The position numbers were made by a program, and so were the translations under genes. 64,000 nt of DNA from NCBI GenBank assembly GCA_017610205.1, contig JAFCCL010000007.1, positions 57,728 through 121,727 on the forward strand, in the 5' to 3' direction. This document shows positions 40,644-51,016 of the stretch, piece by piece. Under the pieces are notes generated by a model. The model saw only the letters and a program-made list of their open reading frames with translations, searched no databases and was not told where the DNA came from. Source of the stretch: Candidatus Iainarchaeum sp. Its GTDB lineage: Archaea > Iainarchaeota > Iainarchaeia > Iainarchaeales > GCA-2688035. How positions within the stretch are numbered: position 1 is the stretch's first letter; each line of letters opens with the position of its first letter.

Positions 40644-42068
40644 GTGAGTGAAAAAAAGGTCAAAAGCAAGCCAAAGACGGCTTCCAAAGCAAAAGCTGCC
40701 AAGCCTGAAGCAGGAAAGTCTTCAAAAGCCAAAACAGACAAAGCTTCAAAGAAAGAAGCAGGCAAGGAAGTAAAAGCCAAAGAAAGCAAAGCAGCAAAAG
40801 TTTTAGAAGGCAAGGCAGTAAAAGCTGAGGAAAAAACAGCAAAGGCAGACCAGGATTTAAAGCCAACTGCAAAAGAAAAAACAGGACAGGCTGAAATAAA
40901 CATTGGAATGGTTGGCCACGTTGACCACGGAAAAACCAGCCTTACCCAGGCTCTTACAGGCAAATGGACTGACACACACAGTGAAGAACTAAAAAGAGGC
41001 ATAAGCATAAGGCTTGGATACGCAGATGTTATATTTTACAAATGCGACCACTGCAAAGGAACTGAAGCTTATTCAACAAAACCTGTTTGTCCAACATGCG
41101 GCAAAAAGTCAAAAAAGTTGAGAAAGGTTTCGTTTGTTGATGCCCCAGGCCACGAAACTTTAATGACTACAATGCTTTCAGGAGCAGCATTAATGAACGG
41201 AGCAGTTCTTGTAATTGCCGCCAATGAAAAATGCCCACAGCCACAAACAGAAGAACATCTTACTGCATTGAAAATGGCAGGAATTGAAAAAATAGTAGTA
41301 GCACAAAATAAGATTGACCTTGTTGAAATGCCAAAAGCAAAAGAAAACATGAAGAAAATTAAAGGATTTCTTGAAAAAAAAGGATATGATAAGGTTCAGA
41401 TTATTCCAATCGCAGCAAACTTTGCAGGCAACATTGACCTGCTTATAGAATCAATGGAAAAAGAAATTCCAACCCCAAAATTTGACCTCAAAAAACCGCT
41501 TATAATGTACTGTGCAAGGTCATTTGACATAAACAAGCCTGGTTCAAAGCTAAAAGAAATGAAAGGCGGGGTTGTAGGCGGAACAATTATTCAAGGCAAA
41601 GCAATTATTGGAGAAAAAATTCTGATAAGACCAGGAATTGAAGAAAAAGAAATTTCAACAGACATAAGAAGCCTTAGTTGCAGTTCTGGAAAACTCAAAG
41701 AAGCAATTCCAGGCGGTCTTGTTGCAATAGGAACAGGACTTGATCCAAGCATTACACAAAACGACAGGTTAAGAGGCCAGGTTGTTGGCACAGAAAAAAG
41801 CCTGCCTAAGGCAACAACAGAACTTGACACAGAAATTAGTTATATTAAAAGGGTTGTTGAAAAAGTTGAAGAAAAAATAAAATCAAACGAACCTGTTGTG
41901 CTTACAATTGGCACAATGGCAGTAGTTGGAATTGTTACAAGCATAAGTGGAAGCAAAGCAAAAATTTCACTGAAAAACAAAGTAGTGGTATTGCCAGGGC
42001 AAAAAATTGCAGTAAGCAAAAAAGCAGAGGGAAGGTGGAAGTTGATTGCATACGCCGTTGCAAAATAA
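40644..42068 (+). CDS. eif2g: Translation initiation factor aIF2 gamma with a ~80-aa Lys/Ala N-terminal extension
   Basis: NIGMVGHVDHGKT, EELKRGISIRLGY, DAPGHE, QNKID; GTG start. Confidence 0.97.
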   Translation: MSEKKVKSKPKTASKAKAAKPEAGKSSKAKTDKASKKEAGKEVKAKESKAAKVLEGKAVKAEEKTAKADQDLKPTAKEKTGQAEINIGMVGHVDHGKTSLTQALTGKWTDTHSEELKRGISIRLGYADVIFYKCDHCKGTEAYSTKPVCPTCGKKSKKLRKVSFVDAPGHETLMTTMLSGAALMNGAVLVIAANEKCPQPQTEEHLTALKMAGIEKIVVAQNKIDLVEMPKAKENMKKIKGFLEKKGYDKVQIIPIAANFAGNIDLLIESMEKEIPTPKFDLKKPLIMYCARSFDINKPGSKLKEMKGGVVGGTIIQGKAIIGEKILIRPGIEEKEISTDIRSLSCSSGKLKEAIPGGLVAIGTGLDPSITQNDRLRGQVVGTEKSLPKATTELDTEISYIKRVVEKVEEKIKSNEPVVLTIGTMAVVGIVTSISGSKAKISLKNKVVVLPGQKIAVSKKAEGRWKLIAYAVAK

Positions 42069-42444
42069 GCCAAGGATTGCATTTGACACAAATATGCTGC
42101 TTGCAATAGGGCAGTTAAAAGTCGATGTGTTTTCAGATATTGAAAAAAAATTTGGAAAAGAAACAGAACTTGCAATTCCAAAACAGGTTTTGCAGGAACT
42201 TGAAGGATTTAAAACAGGCAATGAAAAAATGAAAAAGGACACAGGAATAGCATTGGAGGAAATTGAACAGCACAAAGTTGAAAAAAAGCAGGTTGAAGCA
42301 GAAAACGCAGACAATGCATTAGTAAAAATGGCAAAACATGGTTTTTTCGTTGCTTCAAACGATGCAGTGCTTAGAAAAAGAATAAAAGACTTTGGCGGAA
42401 AAGTTATTTACTTAAGACAAAGTCGTTTTCTTGAAATGGAATAG
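42058..42444 (+). CDS. PIN-domain protein (Fcf1/Utp24-like)
   Basis: FDTN, ELE, AD, ASND; conserved position between aIF2g and rpoE. Confidence 0.88.
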   Translation: MQNKPRIAFDTNMLLAIGQLKVDVFSDIEKKFGKETELAIPKQVLQELEGFKTGNEKMKKDTGIALEEIEQHKVEKKQVEAENADNALVKMAKHGFFVASNDAVLRKRIKDFGGKVIYLRQSRFLEME

Positions 42445-42457
42445 GAGGAAGGCAAAA

Positions 42458-43057
42458 ATGTATAGCGTGGTAAAAATTAGGGAAAAGGTAAGGATTCCGG
42501 CAAAGCTTTTGGGCGGAAAACTTGAAAATTCAGTACTTGAAATAGTTCAAGAGGGATATGAAGGGCTTGTTGACGACGACGTCGGGCTTGTGATTGCAAT
42601 TACAAAAGCAGAAAACATTGGAGAAGGAAAAGTTGTTTTAGGCGACGAAGCAGCCTATTATGAAGCAGACATTGAAATGCTTTCATACAAACCGCTCATG
42701 CACGAGGTTGTTGAAGGAAATATTTCTGAAATAACAGAATTTGGTGCATTTATTAGAATAAGCCCAATTGAAGGACTAATCCACGTAAGTCAAATAATGG
42801 ACGATTTCATAAATTATGATGCAAAAATGCCTGGCTTTGTTGGTAAAAAAACCGGAAAAAAGATTACAGTAGATGACCAAGTTATGGCAAGAATTGTAAC
42901 AATTTCGCTTAGGGGAAATATCCAAAACAGCAAAATTGGCCTTACGATGAGACAGCCTTTCCTTGGAAAAGAAGGATGGGAGAAAAAAGAAGAAAAGGCA
43001 GCAAAAGGAAAAGCTGGTGGAAAAAAACCAGTCAAAAAAAGAAAGGAGAAAAAATAA
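42458..43057 (+). CDS. rpoE: RNA polymerase subunit E' (Rpo7)
   Basis: FGAFI, GLIHVSQI, KIGLTMRQPFLGK. Confidence 0.96.
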   Translation: MYSVVKIREKVRIPAKLLGGKLENSVLEIVQEGYEGLVDDDVGLVIAITKAENIGEGKVVLGDEAAYYEADIEMLSYKPLMHEVVEGNISEITEFGAFIRISPIEGLIHVSQIMDDFINYDAKMPGFVGKKTGKKITVDDQVMARIVTISLRGNIQNSKIGLTMRQPFLGKEGWEKKEEKAAKGKAGGKKPVKKRKEKK

Positions 43058-43069
43058 AAGTGAGTGCTT

Positions 43070-43264
43070 ATGGTAAAAGAAAAAGCCTGCAGAAACTGTA
43101 GGATGGTTGTAGAAGAAGAAGAAAAATGCCCAAATTGCAAAGGAACCAATTTCACTACATTTTGGAGAGGGTATGTAATAATACTGGATCCTGAAAATAG
43201 TGAAATTGCAAAAAAATTGGGAACAACCAGACCTGGAAAGTTTGCATTAAGGCTAAGCCGGTAA
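43070..43264 (+). CDS. spt4: Transcription elongation factor Spt4 (RpoE'')
   Basis: KACRNC..CPNC, W.G...I.DPENSEIA, PGKFAL. Confidence 0.95.
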   Translation: MVKEKACRNCRMVVEEEEKCPNCKGTNFTTFWRGYVIILDPENSEIAKKLGTTRPGKFALRLSR

Positions 43265-43296
43265 AAAAAAATAAAAAAAAATGGCAGGTGAATTGA

Positions 43297-43752
43297 ATGG
43301 AACTAGAGATAACTGGAAAAAAAGAAAACAAGGCACTGCAAAGGCAGGAAGTGGAAATTGGCATAAAGAATGCAAAAATTACGCCAAGCAGAAAGGAACT
43401 ACGTCCAAAAATTGCAGCATTGGCTGGAGCAAAAGAAGAACTTGTAGTAATTGAACACATTGACCACTCTTTTGGCACAAGAGAAGGAAAAATAAAAGCA
43501 TGCATTTACGAAAACGAAGAGGTTCTGAAAAAAATAGAACCTGTACACTTTATTGAAAGGGACTTGGGCAAAAAAAAGAAAAAAGCCGAAGAAAAAAAAC
43601 CTGCTAAAGCCGAAGAAAAGAAAGCTGAAGGAGAAAAAAAGAAACCAGTAGAAAAATCTGCTGAAGGAAAACAGGAAGGAAAAGAAAAACCTGTTGAGGA
43701 AAAAAAAGCTGAAGGAAAACCTGCTGAAGGAAAAAAAGAAGGTGACAACTGA
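43297..43752 (+). CDS. rps24e: 30S ribosomal protein S24e with a KxAEG-repeat tail
   Basis: N..L.R, TPSR, FG; conserved position. Confidence 0.93.
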   Translation: MELEITGKKENKALQRQEVEIGIKNAKITPSRKELRPKIAALAGAKEELVVIEHIDHSFGTREGKIKACIYENEEVLKKIEPVHFIERDLGKKKKKAEEKKPAKAEEKKAEGEKKKPVEKSAEGKQEGKEKPVEEKKAEGKPAEGKKEGDN

Positions 43753-44096
43753 TGCCAAAAAGACAAAAAGAAAGAAAAGGAAAAAAGGTTAGAAAAAAGC
43801 ACCCAAAGCACCTTAAGTCAACATTATACGAAGCCAAAGGCTACACTGTTGAAAGAAAAAGAAGAAGCTGCCCAAAATGCGGAGCAGGAATTCTACTAGC
43901 AGAACACAAAAACAGGCTCAACTGCGGAAAATGTGGCTACACAGAATTCAAAAACAAAACTGAAGAAAAGACTGCTGAAACCAAAGAAAAAAAAGAAAAG
44001 GCAGATGAAAAGAAAGCCACTGAAGCCAAAGAAGAAAAAGCCACAGAAGAAAAGCATCAGGAAACCAAGGAAGAAAAAACAGGCGAAGTCAAATAA
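43752..44096 (+). CDS. rps27ae: 30S ribosomal protein S27ae (eS31) with a K/E tail
   Basis: CPKCGAG..LAEH..R..CGKCGYT. Confidence 0.96.
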   Translation: MPKRQKERKGKKVRKKHPKHLKSTLYEAKGYTVERKRRSCPKCGAGILLAEHKNRLNCGKCGYTEFKNKTEEKTAETKEKKEKADEKKATEAKEEKATEEKHQETKEEKTGEVK

Positions 44097-44114
44097 AAAA
44101 AAAAAGGTTAGTAA

Positions 44115-44657
44115 ATGAGTATTGGACTTATTTTCAATATTTTTTTTGACGTTGCACTAATTGCACTTCCAATAGCATTTCTTTTTTCAAGAAAAAAAAA
44201 CCTGAAAAAGGCATTGCAGGAACTTGGCTTTGCAAAAATTAATGGACTAAGCCTTTTGAAAAAAACCCTGCTGCTTTTTGTTGCATTAATTATTGTATCA
44301 ATAGTGTTTACTGCAGCACTTGATTTTTTTGGGTTAAATGATCTAAACCTTGTATCAGAATCTGTTGAAAAAGTAAGTTCAATTATTCCCCTATTTTTCC
44401 TGATTGTAATTCTTCGGGTAATAAGCGAAGAGGTTTTCTTCAGAGGATTTCTTGTTGAAAAAATAGGAATTGTTGCAAGCAGCGGAATATTTGCATTGTT
44501 CCATATAGGATATGGAAGCGTTGCGGAAATAATAGGCGCGTTTGTTTTAGGAGTTATTTTAGCAAAAGCGTTCCAATTAAATAAAAACTTGTACCCAAAT
44601 ATACTGGCACACGCAGCATACAATGCAATTGCATTAAGCGCAATATTTTTGGTGTAA
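44115..44657 (+). CDS. CPBP (CAAX/Abi) intramembrane metalloprotease
   Basis: EEVFFRG, FALFH, HAAYN. Confidence 0.92.
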   Translation: MSIGLIFNIFFDVALIALPIAFLFSRKKNLKKALQELGFAKINGLSLLKKTLLLFVALIIVSIVFTAALDFFGLNDLNLVSESVEKVSSIIPLFFLIVILRVISEEVFFRGFLVEKIGIVASSGIFALFHIGYGSVAEIIGAFVLGVILAKAFQLNKNLYPNILAHAAYNAIALSAIFLV

Positions 44658-44662
44658 AAAAA

Positions 44663-45277
44663 ATGGCAATAATAAAAAAAGTGTTTCCAGGGAAAGAAAA
44701 GGAAATAACTGCAAAAGCTGCAAGAATAATGAAGGAGGGCGGCGTGGTAATTTTTCCAACAGAATCAAGCTATGGCATTGGAGTTGATGCCACAAATGAA
44801 ACAGCAATAAAAAAGATTGCGCCAATAAAAGGCCAGCCTGAAGAAAAAAACATTTCAATCATAGTTTCAAGTCAGGCACAGGCAGAACAATTTGGATTTG
44901 TAAAAGAGGAAGCAAAAAAGCTTGTTGAAAGATTTATGCCGGGACCACTAACCCTTATAGTGAAAAAAAAACCAGGCATTTCAAACTTGCTTGGAACCGA
45001 AACAATTGCATTCAGAATTTCAAGCAACCCAATAGCAAGATCTATTTGCACAGAGCTTGGCAACGGAATTACCGCAACAAGCGCAAACTTGCACGAAATG
45101 CCAAACATTTACTCAGGAAGAGAAGTAATAAAGCAGTTCAACAACAGAGTCCACATGATTATTGACGACGAAGAACTTGCACACAACACACCAAGCACAA
45201 TCTACAATGTACAAGAAAAAAGAATACTGAGAACAGGGCCAGTAACAGAATTGAGAATAAAACAGGCGCTTGGGTGA
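44663..45277 (+). CDS. tsaC: Threonylcarbamoyl-AMP synthase (short TsaC/YrdC type)
   Basis: PTESSYG, PGPLT, TSAN, PST; no C-terminal SUA5 domain. Confidence 0.93.
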   Translation: MAIIKKVFPGKEKEITAKAARIMKEGGVVIFPTESSYGIGVDATNETAIKKIAPIKGQPEEKNISIIVSSQAQAEQFGFVKEEAKKLVERFMPGPLTLIVKKKPGISNLLGTETIAFRISSNPIARSICTELGNGITATSANLHEMPNIYSGREVIKQFNNRVHMIIDDEELAHNTPSTIYNVQEKRILRTGPVTELRIKQALG

Positions 45278-45283
45278 TTAAAA

Positions 45284-46270
45284 ATGATATGTTGCGGTAT
45301 CGAGTCGACAGCACATAGCTTTGGAGTTGCAATTGTCTCCGACAAAAGAGGCAAATGCAACATTCTTGCAAACGAAAAGCATTCAGTTATAACAAAGCAA
45401 GGCGGTTTGATTCCAAGAGAACTTGCAGTTCACCACCAAAAATATGCAGTGCGAGTTCTTAAAGAGGCTTTGAAAAAAGCAAACCTGGAATTAAAGGACA
45501 TTGATTTAATTTCATTCTCTATTGGCCCCGGCATTGGCCCAGCATTACAGGCAGGAGCAGTTACAGCACGAGCTCTTGCGCTTGCAAACAACAAGCCATT
45601 GCTTGGAGTAAACCACTGCGTTGGACATGTTGAAATTGGAAAGGCATTAACTGGTTGTAAGGACCCAATTGTTGTTTACGTAAGCGGGGCAAATACTCAA
45701 ATAATTGGTTATGAAAAAGGAAAGTACAGGGTTTACGGCGAAACACTGGATATAGGGATTGGCAATCTTCTGGATACATTTGGAAGAAAGCTTGGATTGG
45801 GTTTTCCTGCAGGGCCAATTTTGGACGGGATGTATTTTAAGGGAAAAAAATATGTTGAACTTCCATACACAGTAAAAGGAATGGATCTAGCATTTTCCGG
45901 ATTGCAGACGGCGGCAGTGCAGAAGATAGGAAAGGAGAGGAAAGAGGACTTGGCTTACTCTCTGCTCCACAATGCTTTTGCAATGGTTGCAGAGGTTTCT
46001 GAAAGGGCTTTGGCGCACACTGAAAAAAAGGAATTGTTAATTACTGGAGGGGTAGCTGCAAGCAAGGCTTTAAGGCAAATGCTTCAAAAAATGTGTGATG
46101 AAAGGAAATGCAGGCTGTTTGTACCGCCTTTTGCAGCATGCCTTGACAACGGATTACTGCCTGCATGGCTTGGCATTGTAGAATACAAAGCAGGAAACAG
46201 AATGAAGGTTGAAGAATCTGCCGTTGACCAAAGGCAGAGAACTGATTCAATTGAAGTAAACTGGCTCTGA
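45284..46270 (+). CDS. kae1: KEOPS t6A threonylcarbamoyltransferase Kae1 (stand-alone)
   Basis: GIESTAH, GPG, NHCVGHVE, VSGANT, GETLDI, GGVAA, DNG. Confidence 0.96.
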   Translation: MICCGIESTAHSFGVAIVSDKRGKCNILANEKHSVITKQGGLIPRELAVHHQKYAVRVLKEALKKANLELKDIDLISFSIGPGIGPALQAGAVTARALALANNKPLLGVNHCVGHVEIGKALTGCKDPIVVYVSGANTQIIGYEKGKYRVYGETLDIGIGNLLDTFGRKLGLGFPAGPILDGMYFKGKKYVELPYTVKGMDLAFSGLQTAAVQKIGKERKEDLAYSLLHNAFAMVAEVSERALAHTEKKELLITGGVAASKALRQMLQKMCDERKCRLFVPPFAACLDNGLLPAWLGIVEYKAGNRMKVEESAVDQRQRTDSIEVNWL

Positions 46271-46455
46271 CTTCTACATAATGCAAGAGCTTATTTGCAA
46301 AATTTTTGGAGTATGAGGCAATTAGATATATATATGTGTATATCTTGAGCATATAAAATCCTGAAATTAAGGGCAATACGAAGAAAAAGCCTTATTATGG
46401 GCATTTTTAAGGGATTTGAGCCATATTTTGGCTTTTTTTCAGGTCCAACAAGGCG

Positions 46456-47775
46456 TTATTTGATTCTTTTAAGCACGTAATAGGCTGGTAAGCCCAAAAG
46501 AATAGCAATAGAACCAAATACAGCTGCTCCAAAGTCTATTCTGCTAATCATGAAAATTGACGCAATAACACCAATAAGGGGAATAATTGGAACTTTTCCA
46601 ATACTGCCTGGAATGCGAAAGATGCGTTCCTGCTTTGGCTTTGACAAGCGCATTACTATGACAGCAAGATTTACCATAAAAAACATTGCAAAAATTGCAA
46701 AAGTTGTCACAAAAGCAACATGCCTCAATCCACCTGAAAACACAAGAAGCATTGCAATTATTGATGTTACTGCAATTGAAACAAAAGGGGTTTTTGTTTT
46801 GCTATGGACTTTTGAAATTATTCCAGGAAGGCTGTTGTCCGAAGCCATTCCATACAAAAGCCTTGACACAGCAACAAGGATTATCAGGACAGTGCTTGCA
46901 GTGGCAAACAATGCAATAAATGAAAAAATTACAGCGCCCATTGGACCAAGCACTGTTCCTGCAACAAGTGAAATTGGCGCAGGAGTTAAAGCAAGCTCTT
47001 GCCAGGGAACAATGCTTATTGCACTAATTGAAACAAGAACGTAAAGAATTGTTGAAATTACAAGGGAAATTAAAATTGCCTTTGGAACAGCATGTCTTGC
47101 ATTAACTGTTTCCTCACTAATGTTTGCAATGTCTTCAAAACCAATATATGCAAAGAAAATTAATGCAGCAGCAATTGTAACATTGTTCAGCATTCCAGGC
47201 AGGGAAATGTTTGGTGCAGTTGAAGAAAAATAATCAACCGTTCCAAAGAAAGGAACTGCCATAAAAATTATCAGAATAAGCCCTGCAATTGCAACCAAAG
47301 TAAAGCCCATATTAAGCCTTGCACTTTCTTTTACCCCCAAAAAGTTTACAATTGAAAGAATTGCAATTACACCAATTGCAGTAAGCACAAGTTCTGTTCC
47401 AAACAAAGCATTGAAATATCCTGCAAAGCCAATTGCAACAGCTGAAACAGAAATCATTGCAACAAACAACGAAATCCAACCCATAAGAAAGCCAAAAAGG
47501 TTTGAACTAAAAGCATGCTTTACATAAGTATATTCTGCGGCAGACCTTGGAAACATGCTGCTTAATTCACAATAGCTCAAAGCAGTGAAAGAGGCAATTG
47601 CCGCAGCCAAAATAAAGGAAAGCCAGACACTGTTTCCGGCAATTCCAGCAGCCTCCCCAATTAAAGCATAGATTCCTGCACCCAAAATAATTCCAAGGCC
47701 GTAAATAACTGCTTCAGTAAGGGAAAGAGTTCTTTCAAGATGAGAAGGACTTGGCTGATATAGTGGATGACGCAA
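46456..47775 (-). CDS. APC-family amino acid permease
   Basis: GIILGAGIY, FFAYIGFE, SRLLYGMA, TP; about 12 TM helices. Start uncertain (TTG after GGTG). Confidence 0.92.
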   Translation of the reverse strand: MRHPLYQPSPSHLERTLSLTEAVIYGLGIILGAGIYALIGEAAGIAGNSVWLSFILAAAIASFTALSYCELSSMFPRSAAEYTYVKHAFSSNLFGFLMGWISLFVAMISVSAVAIGFAGYFNALFGTELVLTAIGVIAILSIVNFLGVKESARLNMGFTLVAIAGLILIIFMAVPFFGTVDYFSSTAPNISLPGMLNNVTIAAALIFFAYIGFEDIANISEETVNARHAVPKAILISLVISTILYVLVSISAISIVPWQELALTPAPISLVAGTVLGPMGAVIFSFIALFATASTVLIILVAVSRLLYGMASDNSLPGIISKVHSKTKTPFVSIAVTSIIAMLLVFSGGLRHVAFVTTFAIFAMFFMVNLAVIVMRLSKPKQERIFRIPGSIGKVPIIPLIGVIASIFMISRIDFGAAVFGSIAILLGLPAYYVLKRIK

Positions 47776-47785
47776 ACGCAAACAC

Positions 47786-48337
47786 CTAACCTTTTCTGTA
47801 GTCTGCAGTAAACCTGTACATGTAATAAAAAGCGCAGAGAATTGCAATGGCAATAATTGCATTGATTATTGTTGTAGCAGGCGAAGTAAGACCTATTCTG
47901 CTCCAGGGAATTAATTCAAGCTCCGGGTCAAAATAGGCATAAATTGCAACAACCACTGCTGCAACAAACATGAAATCAATTAAAAGCAAGGCAGGAGCTC
48001 TTGGATCATGCCTTGCATTGCGCAGTTTTTCCTTTGCAGCCTGCTTTATAATTCCTGGCGCAGATTTTTCTGCCTTAAAAAGCAAGGGCTGCCTTTTCAT
48101 AATTGCATAGGAAAGAACTGCCAAAACAATTATTGACATTGCAAGAACCATAATATCAGCAGGGTCAAAAACAGGCTTTAGCTCAATAAGCCTCAAAGAA
48201 AAATTAAGGCGCAATCCCAAAATCTGCAAAGCCTGCACAACAATCAAAATAAGAAGCAGAAGCTGGGCAAACACCATGCAAATAATCCGCCAGTCACGCC
48301 TTATAATTCCACGATCAACACGTTTTACTAAAGCCAT
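47786..48337 (-). CDS. Hypothetical 4-TM membrane protein
   Basis: Four hydrophobic segments; start placed at MALVKR. Confidence 0.75.
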   Translation of the reverse strand: MALVKRVDRGIIRRDWRIICMVFAQLLLLILIVVQALQILGLRLNFSLRLIELKPVFDPADIMVLAMSIIVLAVLSYAIMKRQPLLFKAEKSAPGIIKQAAKEKLRNARHDPRAPALLLIDFMFVAAVVVAIYAYFDPELELIPWSRIGLTSPATTIINAIIAIAILCAFYYMYRFTADYRKG

Positions 48338-48426
48338 TTCAGGAAAAAATAAGTGCTTTAAAGTATAAAAAGATTGCTCGAGGGCAATTGCAAACATTTT
48401 TTTAGTAAAAAGGAGAAGGTTTTACT

Positions 48427-49750
48427 ATGAATCCAAATAGAAAGGTAAGCAGGACAAAGAGAAAGCTTGTAAAGTTTACTGGAACAAAACAGCCAAAAGA
48501 GGACTTAAGAAAGCTTGTTGCTTTCCACAGCCTCAAAGACCCAGAGCATGTTCTAAGGGTTGCCTCGCCAAAAAAGCTTGCCGTGGAAACAAGCGCATTG
48601 CAGAAAAATTTCCCACAAATTGGAAAAAGGATTGCAAAAAAAAACCGGCAGCCGAAAGGATAGCAATAATGAAAAAGCTCGATTCCCTTGGAAAGCCGAG
48701 GGTTGAAGAAGGGCTGGAAAAGGGTTTTGCCTTGCAAGAGTTACTGAGATATCCTGACGCAAAAAGCCTTGCTTCATTTTTTGGGATGGCAACGCCTGAA
48801 AGGGTTAGGAAGTTAAAACAACTTGGATTAAGCCAAATCATGGCAAGGAGACTGAGCCCTTTGATTGAAAGGCACGGTTTTGAAAAAACTGCCGCATTTA
48901 TTGACGGAATAAAGAGAGGGGGTCATGACCCAAACAAAGTGAGCATTATAACCTACTTGGATTTTTACCAGACAGGCACACTAGGCATATCATGGCCTAA
49001 AAAAAAAGCTAGAAAAACTAAGGATTCTGGCAGAAACCGCGAACGCAATGATTTTTCAGAGGTCTGGAAGCAGAACCCGCTTTGTTGACTTCAGAAGATA
49101 TGGCAAATCATTATTTTCAAAAAAAATTCAGGTTTTCAAGGGAAAAGAGGACTGGGCTTGTTAAAAAAGGCATCAGCCCATTCAGCTTTGTTGGAAATGT
49201 AAAAAGAATCGTTAGCTCAAATATAATAATGAGCCATGGTGAGAGGCACGCGTTTTACATGGAAGTTCCCGAAATTGTAGCCCTGATAAGGGAAACAAAA
49301 CCAAAAAGGCAGCATTTGAAAAACGCTCTTGCCTACGCAGACATACATCTGTTCCAACCCAAAGAAGGATTGCCAGACAGGATTCATATCTATGAGCTGC
49401 AGTCAGACATCGTTGCAAAGCTGGGTTCCAAAAACAGAGAACGTTATGAAAGCTGGCCAGAACTTGCAATCCTTGGAATGGCGGAATTTGCGGCAAAAAA
49501 CGGCTTTGAGGAAATCACGATGTCAAGCCCGCATCTAATAAAGCAGGTTTGGCCGCACCTTGGAAAAAGACTAATGCAACAGCTTTATTACGAACTTCCG
49601 GAAAAGATGGGCTTTCAATTGTGGCAAAGCAAAGTAAAGCTGTCTTACATTGATAGCGCATTTGGTGAGCAGCAAACAGGCAAAAGCCCTGTCTTCTGGT
49701 TCATAAAAGTGGCAAACCTGAAAAAAGCGTATCTGGAATTCTTCAAGTGA
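48427..49750 (+). pseudogene. Single ~440-aa gene broken by three poly-A frameshifts (ORF-track pieces 48427, 48669 and 49082)
   Basis: Changing A9 (48636-44), A9 (48999-49007) and A8 (49119-26) by one base each gives one continuous 1323-nt frame. Confidence 0.65.
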
Positions 49751-49753
49751 GGC

Positions 49754-50182
49754 TTATCCCTCAACCTTTAGCCCGAATTCCTCGTCAATTTCCCTTGCAG
49801 TCTTTTTCATTTTTGCAAAAATCCGGTCAATGTCTTCCTCAATTTCTTCAATGATTCTGACCATGGACCTGCTTCTTGAAAGGTAATGACGACCATGCCT
49901 TACAACAAGACCAGAGAGCTGCAGGTTGTTGAGGTGATTAACAACACTGCCCCTGCTCATTCCAACCTTTTCAGCAAGCTCTGTGCTTGTCAAAGGCATT
50001 GCCTTTTCCGTAGCTGCAACAACCTGCCTAAAGATATGTGCAGCTGTTTTCTCTCTGTCAATTGCCTCAAAAAAGCCCAAGCTGCGGCAAATCCACTCAA
50101 ATTCGCTTTCAGGCGAAGGAGTAAACGGCCTTTCAATCCTCCTAATAACAATCTTAAAAGAAGCAGGCCTTTTCAGTTCCAT
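49754..50182 (-). CDS. Winged-HTH transcriptional regulator divergent from grpE-dnaK-dnaJ
   Basis: LTSTELAEKVGMSRGSVVNHLNNLQLSGLV followed by a coiled coil. Confidence 0.88.
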   Translation of the reverse strand: MELKRPASFKIVIRRIERPFTPSPESEFEWICRSLGFFEAIDREKTAAHIFRQVVAATEKAMPLTSTELAEKVGMSRGSVVNHLNNLQLSGLVVRHGRHYLSRSRSMVRIIEEIEEDIDRIFAKMKKTAREIDEEFGLKVEG

Positions 50183-50218
50183 ACAAAACAACCAGCAAAG
50201 AAAAGAATAAAAAGGTTT

Positions 50219-50294
50219 TGTTTAAAGAATTCTGTAAATGTTTAAACAATTTAGTCATTTTTCTTATTTTGAACAATGGTTAGCTGTTTAAACT
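50219..50294. promoter_or_regulatory. Repeated TGTTTAAAC(A) palindromes in the divergent promoter
   Basis: TGTTTAAACA at 50239-48, TGTTTAAACT at 50285-94, TGTTTAAAG at 50219. Confidence 0.45.
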
Positions 50295-50315
50295 TTTCGA
50301 AGATTTGGTGTTTTA

Positions 50316-50810
50316 ATGGAAAAAGGAAAGAACAAGGGAAAACATAAAAGCGGAGAAACAGCAAAGCTTAAGGAAGCAGAAATTGCCGAACTTAAGGATT
50401 CCCTGCAAAGGCTTCAGGCAGAATTTGAAAACAGCAGGAAAAGAATGGAAAAGGAAAAGCAGGATTTTGTTAAACTTGCAAATGCAGGAATTGTAAAAGA
50501 GCTTTTGCCATTGCTTGACAGTGTCAAAGCAGCAGAAAAGCATTTGGATGAACAGGAAAGGGTTTCAAAAGAAGATGCTTTGAAGGGAATGGAAACATTG
50601 AAACAGCAATTGGGGAAAGTTCTTAAAGACCACGGCATTGAAAAAATAGATTGTGTTGGAAAAGAATTTGACCCAATGAGGGATGAATGTGTAATGCAGG
50701 GAAAAGACGAAAGCAAGAAAGACGAAGTTGTTTTGGAGGAACTGCAAAAAGGATATATGCTAAACGGAAAAATTTTAAGGCACGCAAAAGTGAAGGTGAA
50801 CAAATTATGA
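50316..50810 (+). CDS. grpE: Nucleotide exchange factor GrpE
   Basis: RLQAEFEN.RKR, FDP, QKGY.L..KILRHAKV. Confidence 0.96.
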   Translation: MEKGKNKGKHKSGETAKLKEAEIAELKDSLQRLQAEFENSRKRMEKEKQDFVKLANAGIVKELLPLLDSVKAAEKHLDEQERVSKEDALKGMETLKQQLGKVLKDHGIEKIDCVGKEFDPMRDECVMQGKDESKKDEVVLEELQKGYMLNGKILRHAKVKVNKL

Positions 50811-50876
50811 CATTTAAACCAAATCCGGCGGAATTTCCGGAAGAATTTATGCCAGAGCACCCGCCAATAGGAAGCT

Positions 50877-51016
50877 AAAAAAAGAAAACAAAAAAAATAA
50901 AAAATAAAATTGGAAAAAATAAAAAAATAATTTTTAAAAAAAGAAAAAAAAATAATTGGAAAAATTCAAAAAAAAAAAGATTAATTGGAAAAAAATTAAA
51001 AAGAATTTTTAAAAAC
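50877..51016. repeat. Low-complexity A-rich spacer with three AATTGGAAAAA units
   Basis: Core motif at 50908, 50954 and 50983 within a mostly-A tract. Confidence 0.55.

Noticed and set aside
44115-44657. CPBP/Abi protease as a phage-defence gene
   Set aside because: The family is widespread in housekeeping contexts and sits here in a core operon with no defence neighbours.
46271-46455. AGATATA…TATATCT symmetry downstream of kae1
   Set aside because: It is TA-dinucleotide low complexity between convergent genes and is expected by chance.
50877-51016. A-rich repeats as a CRISPR array or replication origin
   Set aside because: The units are irregular and low-complexity, with no unique spacers, ORB-like G-strings or adjacent cdc6.
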